Notes under the pieces: generated by a model
The model's database searches: none
Seen by the model: the letters and a program-made list of their open reading frames with translations, nothing else
What the model was told of the DNA's origin: nothing
Made by a program: the position numbers and the translations under genes
Part shown: piece by piece, positions 49,079-60,036 of the stretch
Layout: the number at the start of each line of letters is the position of its first letter
Numbering within the stretch: the first letter of the stretch is position 1
Source of the DNA: Gemmatimonadota bacterium
GTDB taxonomy: Bacteria > Gemmatimonadota > Gemmatimonadetes > Gemmatimonadales > GWC2-71-9
Direction: 5' to 3'
Assembly (NCBI GenBank): GCA_003221005.1
Contig: QHTZ01000079.1
Location: 1 to 64,000 of the forward strand
Length of the DNA stretch: 64,000 nt

Positions 49079-49857
49079 TGGATCTGACCCTGCACGTGTG
49101 GCGCCAGGCGGGCGCGGCCACCGCGGGCCGGTTCGTCCGCTATGAGCTCGGGGACGTGAGCCCCGACATGTCCTTTCTCGAGGTGCTCGATCTCCTGAAC
49201 CAGCAGTTGATCGGACGGCGCGAAGAGCCGGTCGCCTTCGATCACGACTGCCGCGAGGGCATCTGCGGCGCGTGCGGTATGGTGATCAACGGCCGGCCGC
49301 ACGGGCCCCGCGCGGCCACGACGGCCTGCCAGCTCCACATGCGGCATTTCCCGGAGGGCGCGGAGATCTGGGTCGAGCCATGGCGGGCGCGGGCGTTCCC
49401 CGTCGTGAAGGACCTCGTCGTTGACCGCAGCGCCTTCGACCGCATCATCCAGGCTGGAGGGTTCATCACCGCGCGGGCGGGCAGCGCGCCCGAGGCGAAC
49501 GCCATTCCCGTGCCGAAGGGCGACGCCGACCGCGCGATGGACGCCGCGGCGTGCATCGGTTGCGGCGCCTGCGTCGCGGCCTGCCCCAACGCCTCGGCGA
49601 TGCTGTTCGTCGCGGCGAAAGTGTCCCACCTCGGGCTGCTGCCGCAGGGTCAGCCCGAGCGGGCGCAGCGCGTCCTCCGGATGGTCGAGGTGATGGAGGC
49701 CGAGGGGTTCGGCGCCTGCAGCAATCACGGAGAGTGCATGGCCGCGTGTCCGAAGGAAATCAGTATCGACTTCATCGCGCGGCTGAATAGAGACTATCTC
49801 ACGTCGGTCTTCAGACATCAGCCATCAGAGGAGGGCCCCGACCCCGCTGAGGGCTGA
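49078..49857 (+). CDS. sdhB: Succinate dehydrogenase/fumarate reductase Fe-S subunit
   Basis: [31 protein letters not shown]. Confidence 0.96.
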   Translation: MDLTLHVWRQAGAATAGRFVRYELGDVSPDMSFLEVLDLLNQQLIGRREEPVAFDHDCREGICGACGMVINGRPHGPRAATTACQLHMRHFPEGAEIWVEPWRARAFPVVKDLVVDRSAFDRIIQAGGFITARAGSAPEANAIPVPKGDADRAMDAAACIGCGACVAACPNASAMLFVAAKVSHLGLLPQGQPERAQRVLRMVEVMEAEGFGACSNHGECMAACPKEISIDFIARLNRDYLTSVFRHQPSEEGPDPAEG

Positions 49858-49860
49858 CGT

Positions 49861-50790
49861 CTAGATCTTCACTGCCGCCATCGACTCGTTTACCTGCTCG
49901 GCAGATTTTCTGAGCGCCGCGCGCTCATCCGCCGCGAGCTCGATCTCGACGATCTGCTCGAGCCCCCCGCGCGCGAGCTTGCAGGGCACGCCCACGTACA
50001 TTCCCGAGAGGCCGTACTCTCCCTCGACCCACGCGGCGCAGGGAAGCAGCCGGTGCTTGTCGCGCACGATCGCCTCCACCATCTGCACGACGGCGGCGGA
50101 CGGCGCGTAGAACGCCGACCCGGTCTTCAAAAGACCCACGATCTCGGCGCCGCCGTCCCGCGTACGCTGCACGATTTGGTCGAGGGTTGCGCGGTCGAGC
50201 AGCTGCGCGACGGGGATACCGGACACAGTCGTGTGGGAGATGAGCGGCACCATCGTGTCGCCGTGGCCCCCCAACACCATGGCGTCGATGTCTTCCACGG
50301 AGACTCGCACCGCGTCGGCGAGGAAGGCGCGGAACCGCGCCGTGTCCAGCACGCCGGCCATCCCGATCACGCGCTCGCGCGGGAACCCCGTCACCTGCTT
50401 CGTCACCCAGCACATCACGTCGAGCGGGTTCGACACCACGACCACGATCGCCTGGGAACAGTGCTGCTTGAGCTGCTGTGCCACCTGCTTGACGATTCCG
50501 GCGTTGGTGCGCGCGAGGTCGTCGCGACTCATCCCGGGCTTGCGCGCGATGCCGGCCGTCACGACCACCAGCTCGCTGCCCGCGGCGACGCCGTAGTCGT
50601 TCGCGCCTACCACGCGGGTGTCGAACCCCTCGATCGGTCCCGACTGCCACTGGTCGAGGGCCTTTCCCTGGGGCAGGCCTTCGACCACGTCGACCATTAC
50701 GACCGTGCGAGCCAGCTCCTGCTCGGCGAGCCGCTGGGCCACCGTGGCACCGACGTTGCCCGCGCCGACGACGGTGATCTTGTTCAGCAT
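49861..50790 (-). CDS. mdh: Malate dehydrogenase (LDH-like)
   Basis: [34 protein letters not shown]. Confidence 0.96.
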   Translation of the reverse strand: MLNKITVVGAGNVGATVAQRLAEQELARTVVMVDVVEGLPQGKALDQWQSGPIEGFDTRVVGANDYGVAAGSELVVVTAGIARKPGMSRDDLARTNAGIVKQVAQQLKQHCSQAIVVVVSNPLDVMCWVTKQVTGFPRERVIGMAGVLDTARFRAFLADAVRVSVEDIDAMVLGGHGDTMVPLISHTTVSGIPVAQLLDRATLDQIVQRTRDGGAEIVGLLKTGSAFYAPSAAVVQMVEAIVRDKHRLLPCAAWVEGEYGLSGMYVGVPCKLARGGLEQIVEIELAADERAALRKSAEQVNESMAAVKI

Positions 50791-51818
50791 CACCCCCCTC
50801 GAGTGTGCATCTCCCGGTGCGGGTCGGCTCGCAACCCCTCGATCTGGTACAGCGCGCCTCGCTCGGGCAGCGCCAGCCGCTCCTCGGCGCCCCGGTCTGT
50901 GCGCTCGCCCCACGCCCGGGTGATGGTCGCCGCGAGCTCGGCGTCCGTCGCCCCACCACGCAGCGGTTCGCGCAGGTCGATGCCGCGCTCGGCATAGAGA
51001 CACAGGAACCAGGTGCCGTCGGCCGTGAGCCGGCTGCGGTCGCACGTCCCGCAGAACGGCGCGGTCACGGAGGCGATGATGCCGAAGCCCGTCCCGTCGC
51101 TGAGCCGGAATCGCTCTGCTGGGGAGGCGTGCCGCTCGAGCGCCTCGATCGTGCCGTACCGGCGGGACAGCGTATCGAGGATCTCGCGCCGTGTCACGAC
51201 CTGATCGCGCGACCAGCGGGTCGCTCCCCCCACGTCCATGTACTCGATGAACCGGATCTCCACGCCCGCGGTGCGGCCCAGCTCGAGCAGGTCCACCAGC
51301 TCGTCGTCGTTGAAGCCGCGTACCACCACGGTGTTGACTTTCACGGCCTGGAACCCAGCGCGTCGCGCCGCCGCGATCCCCGCCAGGATGTCCCCGTGGC
51401 GCCTGCTGCGGGAGAAGGCGACCAGACGCTCGGGACGCCGGGTGTCGAGGCTGACCGTGACGCGGCCGAGGCCAGCGGCGCGCAGTGCGTCGGCGTGGCG
51501 ATCGAGGAGGATGCCGTTGGTGGTAAGGGAAAGGTCAGCGATGCGCGCGTCGCGGCGCAGCAGGGCAACCAGGGTGGCCAGGTCCTGCCGCAGCAGCGGC
51601 TCGCCGCCTGTGAGGCGCACTTTCCCGACGCCCAGTCCTGCGAACACGCCGCTCAGCCGCGCGAGCTCCTCGAACGTGAGGATCGCCTCGCGCGGCAGCC
51701 AGACGTAGTCCTCCTCCGGCATGCAGTAGCGGCACCGCATGTTGCAGCGATCGGTCACCGAGATGCGGAGACTCCGGAGCGGCCGGCCCCAGGCGTCGGC
51801 AGGTGATGGAGGCGTCAC
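50790..51818 (-). CDS. moaA: GTP 3',8-cyclase
   Basis: [33 protein letters not shown]-terminal GG. Confidence 0.96.
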   Translation of the reverse strand: MTPPSPADAWGRPLRSLRISVTDRCNMRCRYCMPEEDYVWLPREAILTFEELARLSGVFAGLGVGKVRLTGGEPLLRQDLATLVALLRRDARIADLSLTTNGILLDRHADALRAAGLGRVTVSLDTRRPERLVAFSRSRRHGDILAGIAAARRAGFQAVKVNTVVVRGFNDDELVDLLELGRTAGVEIRFIEYMDVGGATRWSRDQVVTRREILDTLSRRYGTIEALERHASPAERFRLSDGTGFGIIASVTAPFCGTCDRSRLTADGTWFLCLYAERGIDLREPLRGGATDAELAATITRAWGERTDRGAEERLALPERGALYQIEGLRADPHREMHTRGG

Positions 51819-52252
51819 TGCGGTCCGGCGGGAACCGGGTGCCCAGAGGGATCCACCCAGATGGCGGTGCCGTCGTCCCGTAGCTCCTTCTTCCAGACGG
51901 GCACCCGCTGCTTCACGGCTTCAATGATGTAGCGACAGGCGGCGAACGCCTCGGCGCGGTGCGGGGCGGCGACCGCGATGCCGATGCTCGCCGCGCCGAC
52001 CGGCACGAGCCCCAGCCGGTGACGCACGGCGGCACGGGCGGCCGGCCAGCGCTCGCGCACCTCGGCGATGATGCGCGCGAACTCCGCCTCGACCATCTCC
52101 TCGTAACCCGAGTACTCGATGCCCGTCACCCCGTGTTCGTCGGCGCCATTGCGCACCGTGCCGAGGAACACGCAGGTGCCGCCCAAGCCCGGACATGCGG
52201 CGTCGGTCAGCAGCCGCTCGATCGCGATCGGGTCACGCGTCAGGTAGGTCAC
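51815..52252 (-). CDS. moaE: Molybdopterin synthase catalytic subunit
   Basis: FLGTVR, HRLG, PHRAEAF, PVWKKE. Confidence 0.95.
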   Translation of the reverse strand: MTYLTRDPIAIERLLTDAACPGLGGTCVFLGTVRNGADEHGVTGIEYSGYEEMVEAEFARIIAEVRERWPAARAAVRHRLGLVPVGAASIGIAVAAPHRAEAFAACRYIIEAVKQRVPVWKKELRDDGTAIWVDPSGHPVPAGPQ

Positions 52253-52560
52253 GCCGTTTCGTACAACGTAGCGTCGTAGCGTCGGGCAACGGGGCCAGAC
52301 CCCCCTGCCAGCGGGGGCAGCAGCGCCACTTCGTCGCCATCCTTCACGTAGCTGTCCAGCTTCACGTGCTTCGAGTTGACGGCCGCGAGCGGGCGCTCGG
52401 GGAGGTCGTGCGCGCCGGGGAGCTCGACGCGCAGGCGGCGCACCACCTCTTCCACGGTCGCAGGCAGCGAGACGGTAAGGGCCGTCTCCTCCCTGCCCAC
52501 GAGCTCCGCGTAACGCGCGAAGAAGCGGACGCGCACCGTTCCCGGCGTCCCGTCCCGCAT
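52249..52560 (-). CDS. moaD: Molybdopterin synthase sulfur carrier with a 16-aa extension after GG
   Basis: VRFFARYAE...AVN...GDEVALLPPLAGG, then SGPVARRYDATLYETA*. Confidence 0.9.
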   Translation of the reverse strand: MRDGTPGTVRVRFFARYAELVGREETALTVSLPATVEEVVRRLRVELPGAHDLPERPLAAVNSKHVKLDSYVKDGDEVALLPPLAGGSGPVARRYDATLYETA

Positions 52561-52569
52561 CGTACGCAG

Positions 52570-52575
52570 ATAATA
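52570..52575 (-). promoter_or_regulatory. -10 box of moaD (near-leaderless)
   Basis: TATTAT ends 9 nt before the ATG at 52560; no SD. Confidence 0.45.
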
Positions 52576-52582
52576 GCCCGGT

Positions 52583-54391
52583 TCAGCCGCCGGTGGTACC
52601 GGCGGCGAGTCCCTGCCAGATCTTGGCCTGCTTCGCCGTGGGCGTGGCATTGCGTGACAGCCCGAACGTGGTGCCGCTGCGCTCCTGGACCTTGGTGTTG
52701 AGCGTGATGGTGCGGCCGTCGCGCTCGACGGTCAGCGCCAGCGGCGCGCCGGCCTGCCCCTGGTAGCGGCGGCGGAACGTCACGCTCCAGTCCTCGTCGT
52801 TGCGCACGGCGATGTCGCCGATCTTCAGCAGCACGTCCCCGGGCGCGAGACCCGCGGCCTCGGCGGCGCTCCCAGGCTCCACCACCTGGGCCACCCAGCG
52901 ACCCTGATCCGAGAGTGGCGCGTGCACGCCGAGGAACGGGACGCTCGTGATCTGGCGGTTGACGGCGATGCCCGCCTTCGCGAACGCGGCCTCGTACGGG
53001 AACGGCTCGCGTCCGTTGATATAGCGCTGGTAGAAGCCGTCCAGGTCGGGCATCCCGAATTCGCGCAACAGGGCCAGCAGGTTCTCGGTGGTGAAGCCCT
53101 TCCCCTGCTGGTAGTAGCGCGTGTACAGCGCGCGGATCACGTCGTCCAGGCTGCGCGTGTTGTTGGACGCGTCCCGCAGCGCGATATCCAGGAGCATGCC
53201 TGTGACAGCGCCTTTCGGATAGTAGAGCTGCGAGCTGTTGACGAAGACCTCGTTGATCCACGTGGCGACGCTGCCGTCCTCCTCGCTCCACGGCTCCGGG
53301 GCGGCTTCCACCTGGTCCATGTCCGTCGCCGTATTGTGTAGGAACTGGTCGACGCTCCACAGCCCCGAGCGCAGGTTCGTCAGGTCGGCGTAGTAGTCGG
53401 TCACTCCTTCTGACCACCACAGGAGCGGCGTGTACTGCTCCGCGTGGTAGTCGTACGGCCACATGCCGCTGGGACGGATGCGCTTCACGTTCCACAGGTG
53501 GAAGTACTCGTGCGACATGAGCGGGACCATGAAATCACCCAGGTTGCCCGCCAGGTCCACGAAAGCGCTCGCCGGCATGATGTCGTATTGTGCCGCACTG
53601 TGCTCGAGCCCTCCGCCGAAGCTGATCGGGTCATGGATGACGTTGAAGAACACGGTGTACGCGTCGTACGGTGGGCCACCCATCAGCCGGTTTTCGGTCT
53701 GCGCGATCTTCTCGAGACTGCTCCGCATGTTGCGTGCGACGGCGGGCGTGTAGGCGTCCGCCGGCCACACGGCAATCCGCAGCCATTTCCCGTCCACCTT
53801 GAGCGAGTCGACGCTGTAACGGCCGACGAACGTCTCCGCGTCCGCCAGCTCATGATAGTCGGCGGCGGTGTACGGTCCGCTTCCCGATCCCTTGAGCGCC
53901 GTCGTCACCTGCCATCCGGCCGGCAGCGCGAACCGCACCTCGGCCGGACGGTCGAGCCGCCCCGGCTGATACAGGAACAGGTTCGTGCCGAGGAATTGGC
54001 CGAAGTCGGCGCGGAGCCGGGCGATCGAAAGGTCGATGGTATCGGCGAGATAATCGAATGCGACCGTGATGCCGCGCTGCTTCCCCGTCGCGACCCGCCA
54101 CGTCTCCTTGTCGGCCCGGTCCCAGAAGAGCGGCTGGCCGCTCACCCCGGTCGCGCTGAAATGGCGCACGTAGCGCGCGTAGTTCTGAATCTCGTAGTTG
54201 CCGGGACTCCACGCGGGCAATGCGAGGTACAGCGTGTCCTTGCCGTCGCTCGGGAACTCAGCCTTCACATGAAACAGGTGCGCCCCGGGGGACAGGACAG
54301 AGACTTCGTAGCGAACGACTTGCGCCGTCGCACCGCGCGACGCGAGCGCCCACGTCGCGACGAGCGCCACGCCCAGCCGGCGACCGCCCAT
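52583..54391 (-). CDS. M61 family metallopeptidase with PDZ domain, secreted
   Basis: PAWSPG.Y, GGLEH, SHEYFHLWNVKRIRP, W.SEG.T.YY, YYPKG, C-terminal PDZ (GSAAEAAGL.PGD). Confidence 0.92.
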   Translation of the reverse strand: MGGRRLGVALVATWALASRGATAQVVRYEVSVLSPGAHLFHVKAEFPSDGKDTLYLALPAWSPGNYEIQNYARYVRHFSATGVSGQPLFWDRADKETWRVATGKQRGITVAFDYLADTIDLSIARLRADFGQFLGTNLFLYQPGRLDRPAEVRFALPAGWQVTTALKGSGSGPYTAADYHELADAETFVGRYSVDSLKVDGKWLRIAVWPADAYTPAVARNMRSSLEKIAQTENRLMGGPPYDAYTVFFNVIHDPISFGGGLEHSAAQYDIMPASAFVDLAGNLGDFMVPLMSHEYFHLWNVKRIRPSGMWPYDYHAEQYTPLLWWSEGVTDYYADLTNLRSGLWSVDQFLHNTATDMDQVEAAPEPWSEEDGSVATWINEVFVNSSQLYYPKGAVTGMLLDIALRDASNNTRSLDDVIRALYTRYYQQGKGFTTENLLALLREFGMPDLDGFYQRYINGREPFPYEAAFAKAGIAVNRQITSVPFLGVHAPLSDQGRWVAQVVEPGSAAEAAGLAPGDVLLKIGDIAVRNDEDWSVTFRRRYQGQAGAPLALTVERDGRTITLNTKVQERSGTTFGLSRNATPTAKQAKIWQGLAAGTTGG

Positions 54392-54471
54392 GAGGATCTC
54401 CTGAGAACGCACGCGGCTCCGACGGAACCGCCGGAGCCGCAAGTTGTTAGTTCGTTCTGCCGAGGCGCCGG

Positions 54472-54786
54472 TTAGGAGCTGACGCGTTCGCTCGCGTCCG
54501 CCACCATCGCGCGCAACTCCTTGCTGGGCTTGAAGACAGGAACCGGACGCGCGGCGACCTCGACCGGATCTCCGGTGCGCGGGTTGCGCGCCATCCGGGT
54601 CTTACGCTGGCGGATCTTGAACGTTCCAAACCCGCGTATCTCAATGTTATGCTGCTCCGATAGCGCGGCTTTGACCGCGTCCAGGAAGGAATCGACCACG
54701 CGCGCGCAGTCCTTCTTTGAAATGAGGGGACCGGCGGTGCGGGCGATTTGTGCGGTGACTTTTTCGACGAGATCGGCCTTCGTCAT
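54472..54786 (-). CDS. HU/IHF family DNA-binding protein
   Basis: MTKADLVE, IEIRGFGTF, ARNPRTG, PVFKPSKEL. Confidence 0.95.
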   Translation of the reverse strand: MTKADLVEKVTAQIARTAGPLISKKDCARVVDSFLDAVKAALSEQHNIEIRGFGTFKIRQRKTRMARNPRTGDPVEVAARPVPVFKPSKELRAMVADASERVSS

Positions 54787-54829
54787 CCGTGCCCCCTGAA
54801 ACGCTCCACGGGTTGCAAAGCCGGGGGCC

Positions 54830-54858
54830 AACATACGGGCTTACCTATTGAGTGTCAA
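54830..54858 (-). promoter_or_regulatory. Sigma70 promoter of the HU/IHF gene; -35 lies inside the carA 3' end
   Basis: TTGACA-17 nt-TATGTT. Confidence 0.7.
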
Positions 54859-55924
54859 GGGCTTGGAGGAACTGTCGAAAGTGCCCTTGCGCGTCATGCG
54901 GACCGGGTGATGCCTCGGGATGGTACTGCACAGCGAAGATGGGGTACTCGCGGTGGCGCACTCCTTCCACGGTGCCGTCGTTGAGGTTCAGATGAGTGAC
55001 TTCGAGCGCTGTGGCGCCGGGCACGCCCCCTGGGTCGCCGCGCACCGCGAAGCCGTGGTTTTGTGAGGTGATAAGTACTTGTCCCGTCGCGAGATCGCGA
55101 ACAGGGTGGTTACCCCCCCGGTGGCCGTAGGGAAGCTTGACCGTCTCTCCGCCAAGCGCCAGACCCAGGAGCTGGTGGCCGAGACAGATCCCGAAGATCG
55201 GGATCGCGCCATCGGCGAGGTCTCGGATCGCGCGCACCGCGTACGTGACCGCTGCGGGGTCGCCGGGGCCGTTCGAGAGAAAGATTCCGTCCGGCTCGAG
55301 CTCCCGCACACGTTCGGCCGGCGTTTCCGCGGGGACCACGGTCACGCGACAGTCGTTCTGTGCGAACAACCGGAGAATGTTGCGCTTCATGCCGTAGTCG
55401 TAGGCCACGACGTGATAGTGTGCGTCCGCGGACCCTTGGACGTATTCCTGTCCGATCGTCGCGGCCGTGGCGAGATCAAGCCCGTTCATCGAGGGGCTGG
55501 CAGCGAGCGCGGCGCGCACCGCCGCGGTGGGCTCTACGCCAAGGGCCGCGACGCCCCGCATGGCGCCCCGCGAGCGGATGTGGCGGGTCAGCTGACGCGT
55601 GTCCACGTCTGTGACGATCGGCACGTTGGCACCGGCCAGCCACTCCGCGAGCCCGCCGGTGGCGCGCCAGCTCGACGGCTTGAGGGCGAGCTCGCGCACC
55701 ACAACTCCCGCGACGCGCGGGCGGTCGGACTCCACGTCTTCCGGATTGATCCCGTAGTTGCCGATCATCGGCGCCGTCATCACAACGAGCTGGCCGAGAT
55801 ACGAGGGGTCGGTGAAGACCTCCTGGTAGCCGGACAGATTGGTGGTGAACACGACCTCGGCATACACGGGCTCGAAGGGAAACGGCGCGGTTCCGGAGAA
55901 CCAGGCTCCGTCCTCGAGAAGCAC
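54845..55924 (-). CDS. carA: Carbamoyl-phosphate synthase small subunit
   Basis: [46 protein letters not shown]; start uncertain. Confidence 0.96.
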   Translation of the reverse strand: MLLEDGAWFSGTAPFPFEPVYAEVVFTTNLSGYQEVFTDPSYLGQLVVMTAPMIGNYGINPEDVESDRPRVAGVVVRELALKPSSWRATGGLAEWLAGANVPIVTDVDTRQLTRHIRSRGAMRGVAALGVEPTAAVRAALAASPSMNGLDLATAATIGQEYVQGSADAHYHVVAYDYGMKRNILRLFAQNDCRVTVVPAETPAERVRELEPDGIFLSNGPGDPAAVTYAVRAIRDLADGAIPIFGICLGHQLLGLALGGETVKLPYGHRGGNHPVRDLATGQVLITSQNHGFAVRGDPGGVPGATALEVTHLNLNDGTVEGVRHREYPIFAVQYHPEASPGPHDAQGHFRQFLQALDTQ

Positions 55925-55940
55925 GTAGGCCGGGTGCGTG

Positions 55941-56294
55941 TTAGGGATTCTTGGGGCTCGGAGAAGGTGAGGGGCTGGGTTGCGGCGCGGTCTGGAGCGG
56001 CAACGGAGCCGGTGGGGCGGCCGGCTGGGGAATGGTGCCCTGGAGCGCCGACCGCGGTGCGCCGCTTTGCGACGACATGATCGCGAGCGTAAGCGCGAGG
56101 AACAGAAAGATGCCGGCGCACCACCACGTCACTTTGGTGAGCAGCGTGACCGCCTGGCGGCCGCCCATGAAGACCTCGGTGCCGGATCCACCGCCGAGCG
56201 ACGCTAGGCCACCCCCCTGCCCCGCTTGGAGCAGCACCGCGGCGGCGAGCAGAATCGCGTCGAGCAACAGCAATACGAGCAGAACGGTGTACAT
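55941..56294 (-). CDS. secG: Preprotein translocase subunit SecG
   Basis: [11 protein letters not shown]...LTKVT; canonical position after tpiA; Pro/Ser-rich tail. Confidence 0.92.
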   Translation of the reverse strand: MYTVLLVLLLLDAILLAAAVLLQAGQGGGLASLGGGSGTEVFMGGRQAVTLLTKVTWWCAGIFLFLALTLAIMSSQSGAPRSALQGTIPQPAAPPAPLPLQTAPQPSPSPSPSPKNP

Positions 56295-56301
56295 CGCGCG
56301 G

Positions 56302-56331
56302 ATAATACTCAGGTGGCGGGCGCCTGCACAA
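56302..56331 (-). promoter_or_regulatory. Promoter of secG (leaderless candidate)
   Basis: TTGTGC-18 nt-TATTAT, ending 7 nt before the secG ATG; no SD. Confidence 0.55.
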
Positions 56332-57058
56332 GTTGCGCCCACGCTTCGGGATCGAGCGAGGCTCCGCCCACGAGCACGCCGTCGAGCTCGCGCTCGGCGA
56401 GGAGCTCCGCGATGTTCTTGAGGTTCACGCTCCCTCCGTAGAGCACGCGGCTCCGCGGCACGCCCCGCGCGGTGAGCCAGCTCCGGATCTCCTTGTGCAC
56501 GGCGCCCGCATCCTGCGGCGTCGCGTTTCGGCCGGTACCGATCGCCCACACCGGCTCGTACGCGATGATGACGCGGGCCAGGGCCGCTCCGTCCAGAGCG
56601 CCGAGGGCGCCGGAGAGCTGGCGGTTTACGACGGCCAACGTGTGGCCCGCGTCGCGCTCGGCGAGCGTTTCGCCGACGCACAGCATCGGCACGAGGCCGG
56701 CCGCGAGCGCCGCGGTCAGCTTTTTGCGCGTGTCCTCGTCCGTTTCGCCAAACACGTGCCGGCGCTCGGAGTGGCCGATCAGCGCCGCTTTGGCGCCAGC
56801 CTGCGCTGCGAGCGGCGCGGAGATGGCGCCGGTGAACGCGCCCTTCGGCTCCCAGTGGATATCCTGCACGCCGACGAGCAGGTCGGCGCGCTCACGCGCG
56901 GCCTGGGCGGCGGCTTCGAGCGACACGGCGGGGGGGAAGAACCAGGCCTCGCGGCGCTCATGGCGGTTGTAGCGGGCGCGAAAGGTCTTCATGTAGGCCC
57001 GGGCGTCGTCGGGGCCGAGATTCATCTTCCAATTGGCCGCGAAGAGGAGGTCCCTCAC
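56309..57058 (-). CDS. tpiA: Triosephosphate isomerase
   Basis: [35 protein letters not shown]. Confidence 0.97.
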   Translation of the reverse strand: MRDLLFAANWKMNLGPDDARAYMKTFRARYNRHERREAWFFPPAVSLEAAAQAARERADLLVGVQDIHWEPKGAFTGAISAPLAAQAGAKAALIGHSERRHVFGETDEDTRKKLTAALAAGLVPMLCVGETLAERDAGHTLAVVNRQLSGALGALDGAALARVIIAYEPVWAIGTGRNATPQDAGAVHKEIRSWLTARGVPRSRVLYGGSVNLKNIAELLAERELDGVLVGGASLDPEAWAQLVQAPAT

Positions 57059-58236
57059 GCGGCTTCGAGCGCGGCGACGCCGGGAAGCGTCTTCCCCTCC
57101 AGGAAGTCGAGCGACGCCCCGCCGCCGGTCGAGACGTGAGTGAATTTCTCCTCAAGGCCCCGGACCGCGGCTGCGGAGTCGCCCCCGCCAACCACGGTGA
57201 TGGCGCCCCGCTTCCCGGCCTCGATCAGCGCCTCGGCCACCGCGCGGGTGCCCTCATCGAACGGCGGCGTCTCGAACACACCCATGGGACCGTTCCAAAC
57301 CACGGTCTTGGCGCGGAGAATGTGCGCGCGGAAGTCGAGTTGCGTCGTGTGATCGATGTCGAACACGGCGCAGTCGGCGGGGATGCGGTCGCAGGGGACT
57401 TCGCGGCGCTCGTCGCGGCGCTCGAGGCTCGGGGCCACCACGGCGCCGCGAGGCAGGATCAACTTCGAGCCCGCCTTGGCGATCAGGGCTTTGGCGAGGT
57501 CCACCTTGTCCCGCTCCACGAGCGACTTGCCGACCGTAAAGTCGACCGCGAGAAAGAACGTGTTCGCCATCGCGCCGCCGACCAGGATCTGGTCCACCCG
57601 CGGCAGCAGCGCTTCGATCACGTCGATCTTCCCCGAAATCTTGGCACCGCCGAGCACGGCGAGGAACGGCCGCTTGGGGTGCTGGAGCGCGTCGCCGAGG
57701 TAGCGCAGCTCGCGCTCCACCAGGAATCCCGCCACGGCCGGCTTAAGGAGATGGGCCACGGCTTCGGTGGACGCGTGCGCGCGGTGCGCGGTGCCGAACG
57801 CGTCGTTCACGTAGAAATCCCCCAGCGCGGCGAACGTCCGGGCGAGCTCGGGATCGTTCTGCTCCTCGCCCGGCCAGAAGCGCACGTTCTCCACGAGCGC
57901 GACGCCGCCGCGCGGCAGCCGGCGCGTCGCGGCAATGCCCGCCGCCGGATCGGGGATGAAGTCCACGGGGGTGCCGAGCAGCTGCTCGAGGGTGCGGACG
58001 ATATGCCGCAGCGACAGCGTCGGGTCGGGACCCGTCGGACGGTCTAGGTGCGACAGCAGGATGACGCGCGTCCCCTTGTCGCGCAGATACTTGATGGTCG
58101 GGAGCGCGGCGCGGATGCGCGTGTCGTCAGCTACGCCGCTGTCCTTCGCCAGGGGGACGTTGAAGTCCACCCGCACCAGCGCCCGCTTGCCGTCGAGCGC
58201 CTCCGCGGGAAGGTCTCGTAGGTTGCGCGGACTCAC
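57055..58236 (-). CDS. pgk: Phosphoglycerate kinase
   Basis: [37 protein letters not shown]. Confidence 0.97.
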   Translation of the reverse strand: MSPRNLRDLPAEALDGKRALVRVDFNVPLAKDSGVADDTRIRAALPTIKYLRDKGTRVILLSHLDRPTGPDPTLSLRHIVRTLEQLLGTPVDFIPDPAAGIAATRRLPRGGVALVENVRFWPGEEQNDPELARTFAALGDFYVNDAFGTAHRAHASTEAVAHLLKPAVAGFLVERELRYLGDALQHPKRPFLAVLGGAKISGKIDVIEALLPRVDQILVGGAMANTFFLAVDFTVGKSLVERDKVDLAKALIAKAGSKLILPRGAVVAPSLERRDERREVPCDRIPADCAVFDIDHTTQLDFRAHILRAKTVVWNGPMGVFETPPFDEGTRAVAEALIEAGKRGAITVVGGGDSAAAVRGLEEKFTHVSTGGGASLDFLEGKTLPGVAALEAA

Positions 58237-59243
58237 CGCCGCCCGGCGATGTACGCGAGCAGATCGAGGCAGCGCGCCGAGTACCCCATCTCGTTGTCGT
58301 ACCACGACGACACGTGGACGAAAGTGCCGTCGATCACGTTGGTGGACAGGGAGTCCACCACGCTCGAGTACAGGCTGCCGATGTAGTCGACGGACACGAG
58401 CGGCTCGTCGCTCACATCGAGGATCCCCCGCAGCGCGCCCTGCGCGGCCTGCTTGAAGGCAGCGTTGACTTCCGCGATCGTCGTCTTCTTCTCGACCTCG
58501 GCGGTGAGATCGACCACGGAGACGTCCGGCGTAGGCACGCGCAGCGCGATGCCGTCGATCTTGCCCTTCACCTCAGGGATCACGAGGCTCGTGGCTTTGG
58601 CGGCACCCGTCGTGGTCGGGATGATGCTCAGCGCGGCCGCCCGGGCGCGCCGCAAGTCCTTGTGGGGTAGGTCGAGAATCGCCTGATCGTTCGTGTAGCT
58701 GTGCACCGTGGTCATGAAACCGTGGCGAAACCCCCAGTTGTCGATGACCACCTTGACCACCGGAACGAGGCAGTTCGTCGTGCACGACGCGTTGGAGATG
58801 ATGTGATGCTTGGCGGGGTCGTACTTCTGATGATTCACGCCCATCACGATGGTGATGTCTTCGCCCTTCGCCGGCGCCGAGATCACCACCGTCTTCGCGC
58901 CCGCCGCCAGGTGTTTGCAGGCGGTCTCGCGGTCGGTGAAGCGGCCCGTGCTCTCGAGCACCAGCTCCACGCCCAGGTCCCGCCACGGCAGCTTCTCAGG
59001 CTCCTTGATGGCAGTCACTCGAATGGTCTTGCCGTCCACGATCAGGGCGTCCTCGCCGACCTCGACCTTGGCCGGAAAGCGGCCGTGGATCGAGTCATAC
59101 TTCAGGAGATGTGCGAGGGTCTTGGGGTCGGTGATGTCGTTTACCGCGGTGAACTCGACCGCGGTCTGTTTGGTCACCAGCGCGGCGCGCAGCACGTTCC
59201 TGCCGATGCGACCGAACCCGTTGATCCCGACCCGTACCGCCAT
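58233..59243 (-). CDS. gap: Glyceraldehyde-3-phosphate dehydrogenase type I
   Basis: [24 protein letters not shown]. Confidence 0.98.
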   Translation of the reverse strand: MAVRVGINGFGRIGRNVLRAALVTKQTAVEFTAVNDITDPKTLAHLLKYDSIHGRFPAKVEVGEDALIVDGKTIRVTAIKEPEKLPWRDLGVELVLESTGRFTDRETACKHLAAGAKTVVISAPAKGEDITIVMGVNHQKYDPAKHHIISNASCTTNCLVPVVKVVIDNWGFRHGFMTTVHSYTNDQAILDLPHKDLRRARAAALSIIPTTTGAAKATSLVIPEVKGKIDGIALRVPTPDVSVVDLTAEVEKKTTIAEVNAAFKQAAQGALRGILDVSDEPLVSVDYIGSLYSSVVDSLSTNVIDGTFVHVSSWYDNEMGYSARCLDLLAYIAGRR

Positions 59244-59253
59244 GCACGGCTCC

Positions 59254-60036
59254 TTATGAGGTGAAATCCGGAATGGTGGCCCGCCCGAACGTGACGGCCA
59301 TGACGGACCGCGCGCCGGCAGCCTCCAGGGCCTGGGCCGCGGCCCCCAGAGTCGCGCCCGTCGTGAAGACGTCGTCCACCAAAATCAATGTGGAATTCGG
59401 AATGCGGAATGCGGAATCGACCGCGGACAATTCATTCCGCATTCCGCATTCCCCATTCCGCATTGCAAACGCCCCCGCCACATTCGCTAGACGCGAGGCC
59501 GGTGTCAACGTCGTTTGGGTTACCGTCTCGCGGGTCCGGACCAGCAGCTCCGCCACGGGGTGCCCCCAGCGCGCGCCGAGGCCGCGGGCGAGGAGCGCGC
59601 TCTGGTTGTAGCCCCGTGTGCGCTGCCGCCGCGGGCCGAGCGGGACGGGGACGAGGACAGCTGCGTGGCCGTCAGGAATCGGCAGGGTCACGCGCGCCGC
59701 CGCCGCAGCCAGGTCATCGGCCATGCGGGGGAGACCGCCGTACTTGAGGGCGTGGACCGCGCGCCGGGCCGCCGCGTCCAGCCAGACCGCCGACCGCGCG
59801 CAGCGGAGGGCTGCGGGCCAATCGGCGCAGACCCGGCAGCGCCCGAACAGGGGCTCGGGGTGCCCGCAGCGCTCGCACCAGGGAGGTACGACGGGACGCC
59901 AGCGGTGCCGGCACAGCAGGCAAACGAGGTCAGGGGAGCGATCGAACGGCAGCAACGCACGGCACAGCAGGCATTCGGCCGGGAACAGCAGCTGTTCGAG
60001 AGCCCTAGCGGCGGAGCTCCCGGGCGAGGGCGGCAC
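59254..60036 (-). CDS. comF: ComF family protein (double zinc ribbon plus PRTase) with an in-frame palindromic insert
   Basis: [32 protein letters not shown]. Confidence 0.9.
   Translation of the reverse strand: MPPSPGSSAARALEQLLFPAECLLCRALLPFDRSPDLVCLLCRHRWRPVVPPWCERCGHPEPLFGRCRVCADWPAALRCARSAVWLDAAARRAVHALKYGGLPRMADDLAAAAARVTLPIPDGHAAVLVPVPLGPRRQRTRGYNQSALLARGLGARWGHPVAELLVRTRETVTQTTLTPASRLANVAGAFAMRNGECGMRNELSAVDSAFRIPNSTLILVDDVFTTGATLGAAAQALEAAGARSVMAVTFGRATIPDFTS
59387..59464. repeat. Palindromic heptamer-repeat element: (AATGCGG)n, 16-nt loop, (CCGCATT)n
   Basis: 31-nt arms at 59387-59417 and 59434-59464 with 3 mismatches (inner 19 bp perfect); 78 nt = 26 codons. Confidence 0.92.

Noticed and set aside
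55925-55945. tRNA-Leu often found after secG
   Set aside because: Only about 16 nt separate secG and carA, and no tRNA fold is present.
55944-56035. Pro/Ser-rich repeat in the SecG tail
   Set aside because: Codons vary, so it is ordinary low-complexity protein sequence rather than a DNA repeat.
29790-58050. Single substitutions in conserved motifs (Pgk SHLDRP, NuoD GELGNY, NuoI ENSECS)
   Set aside because: Each is one base from the expected codon and cannot be told apart from consensus error without reads.
59387-59464. Possible CRISPR array or intrinsic terminator
   Set aside because: The units are 7 nt with no spacers, and the hairpin is intragenic, in frame and has no U-tract.
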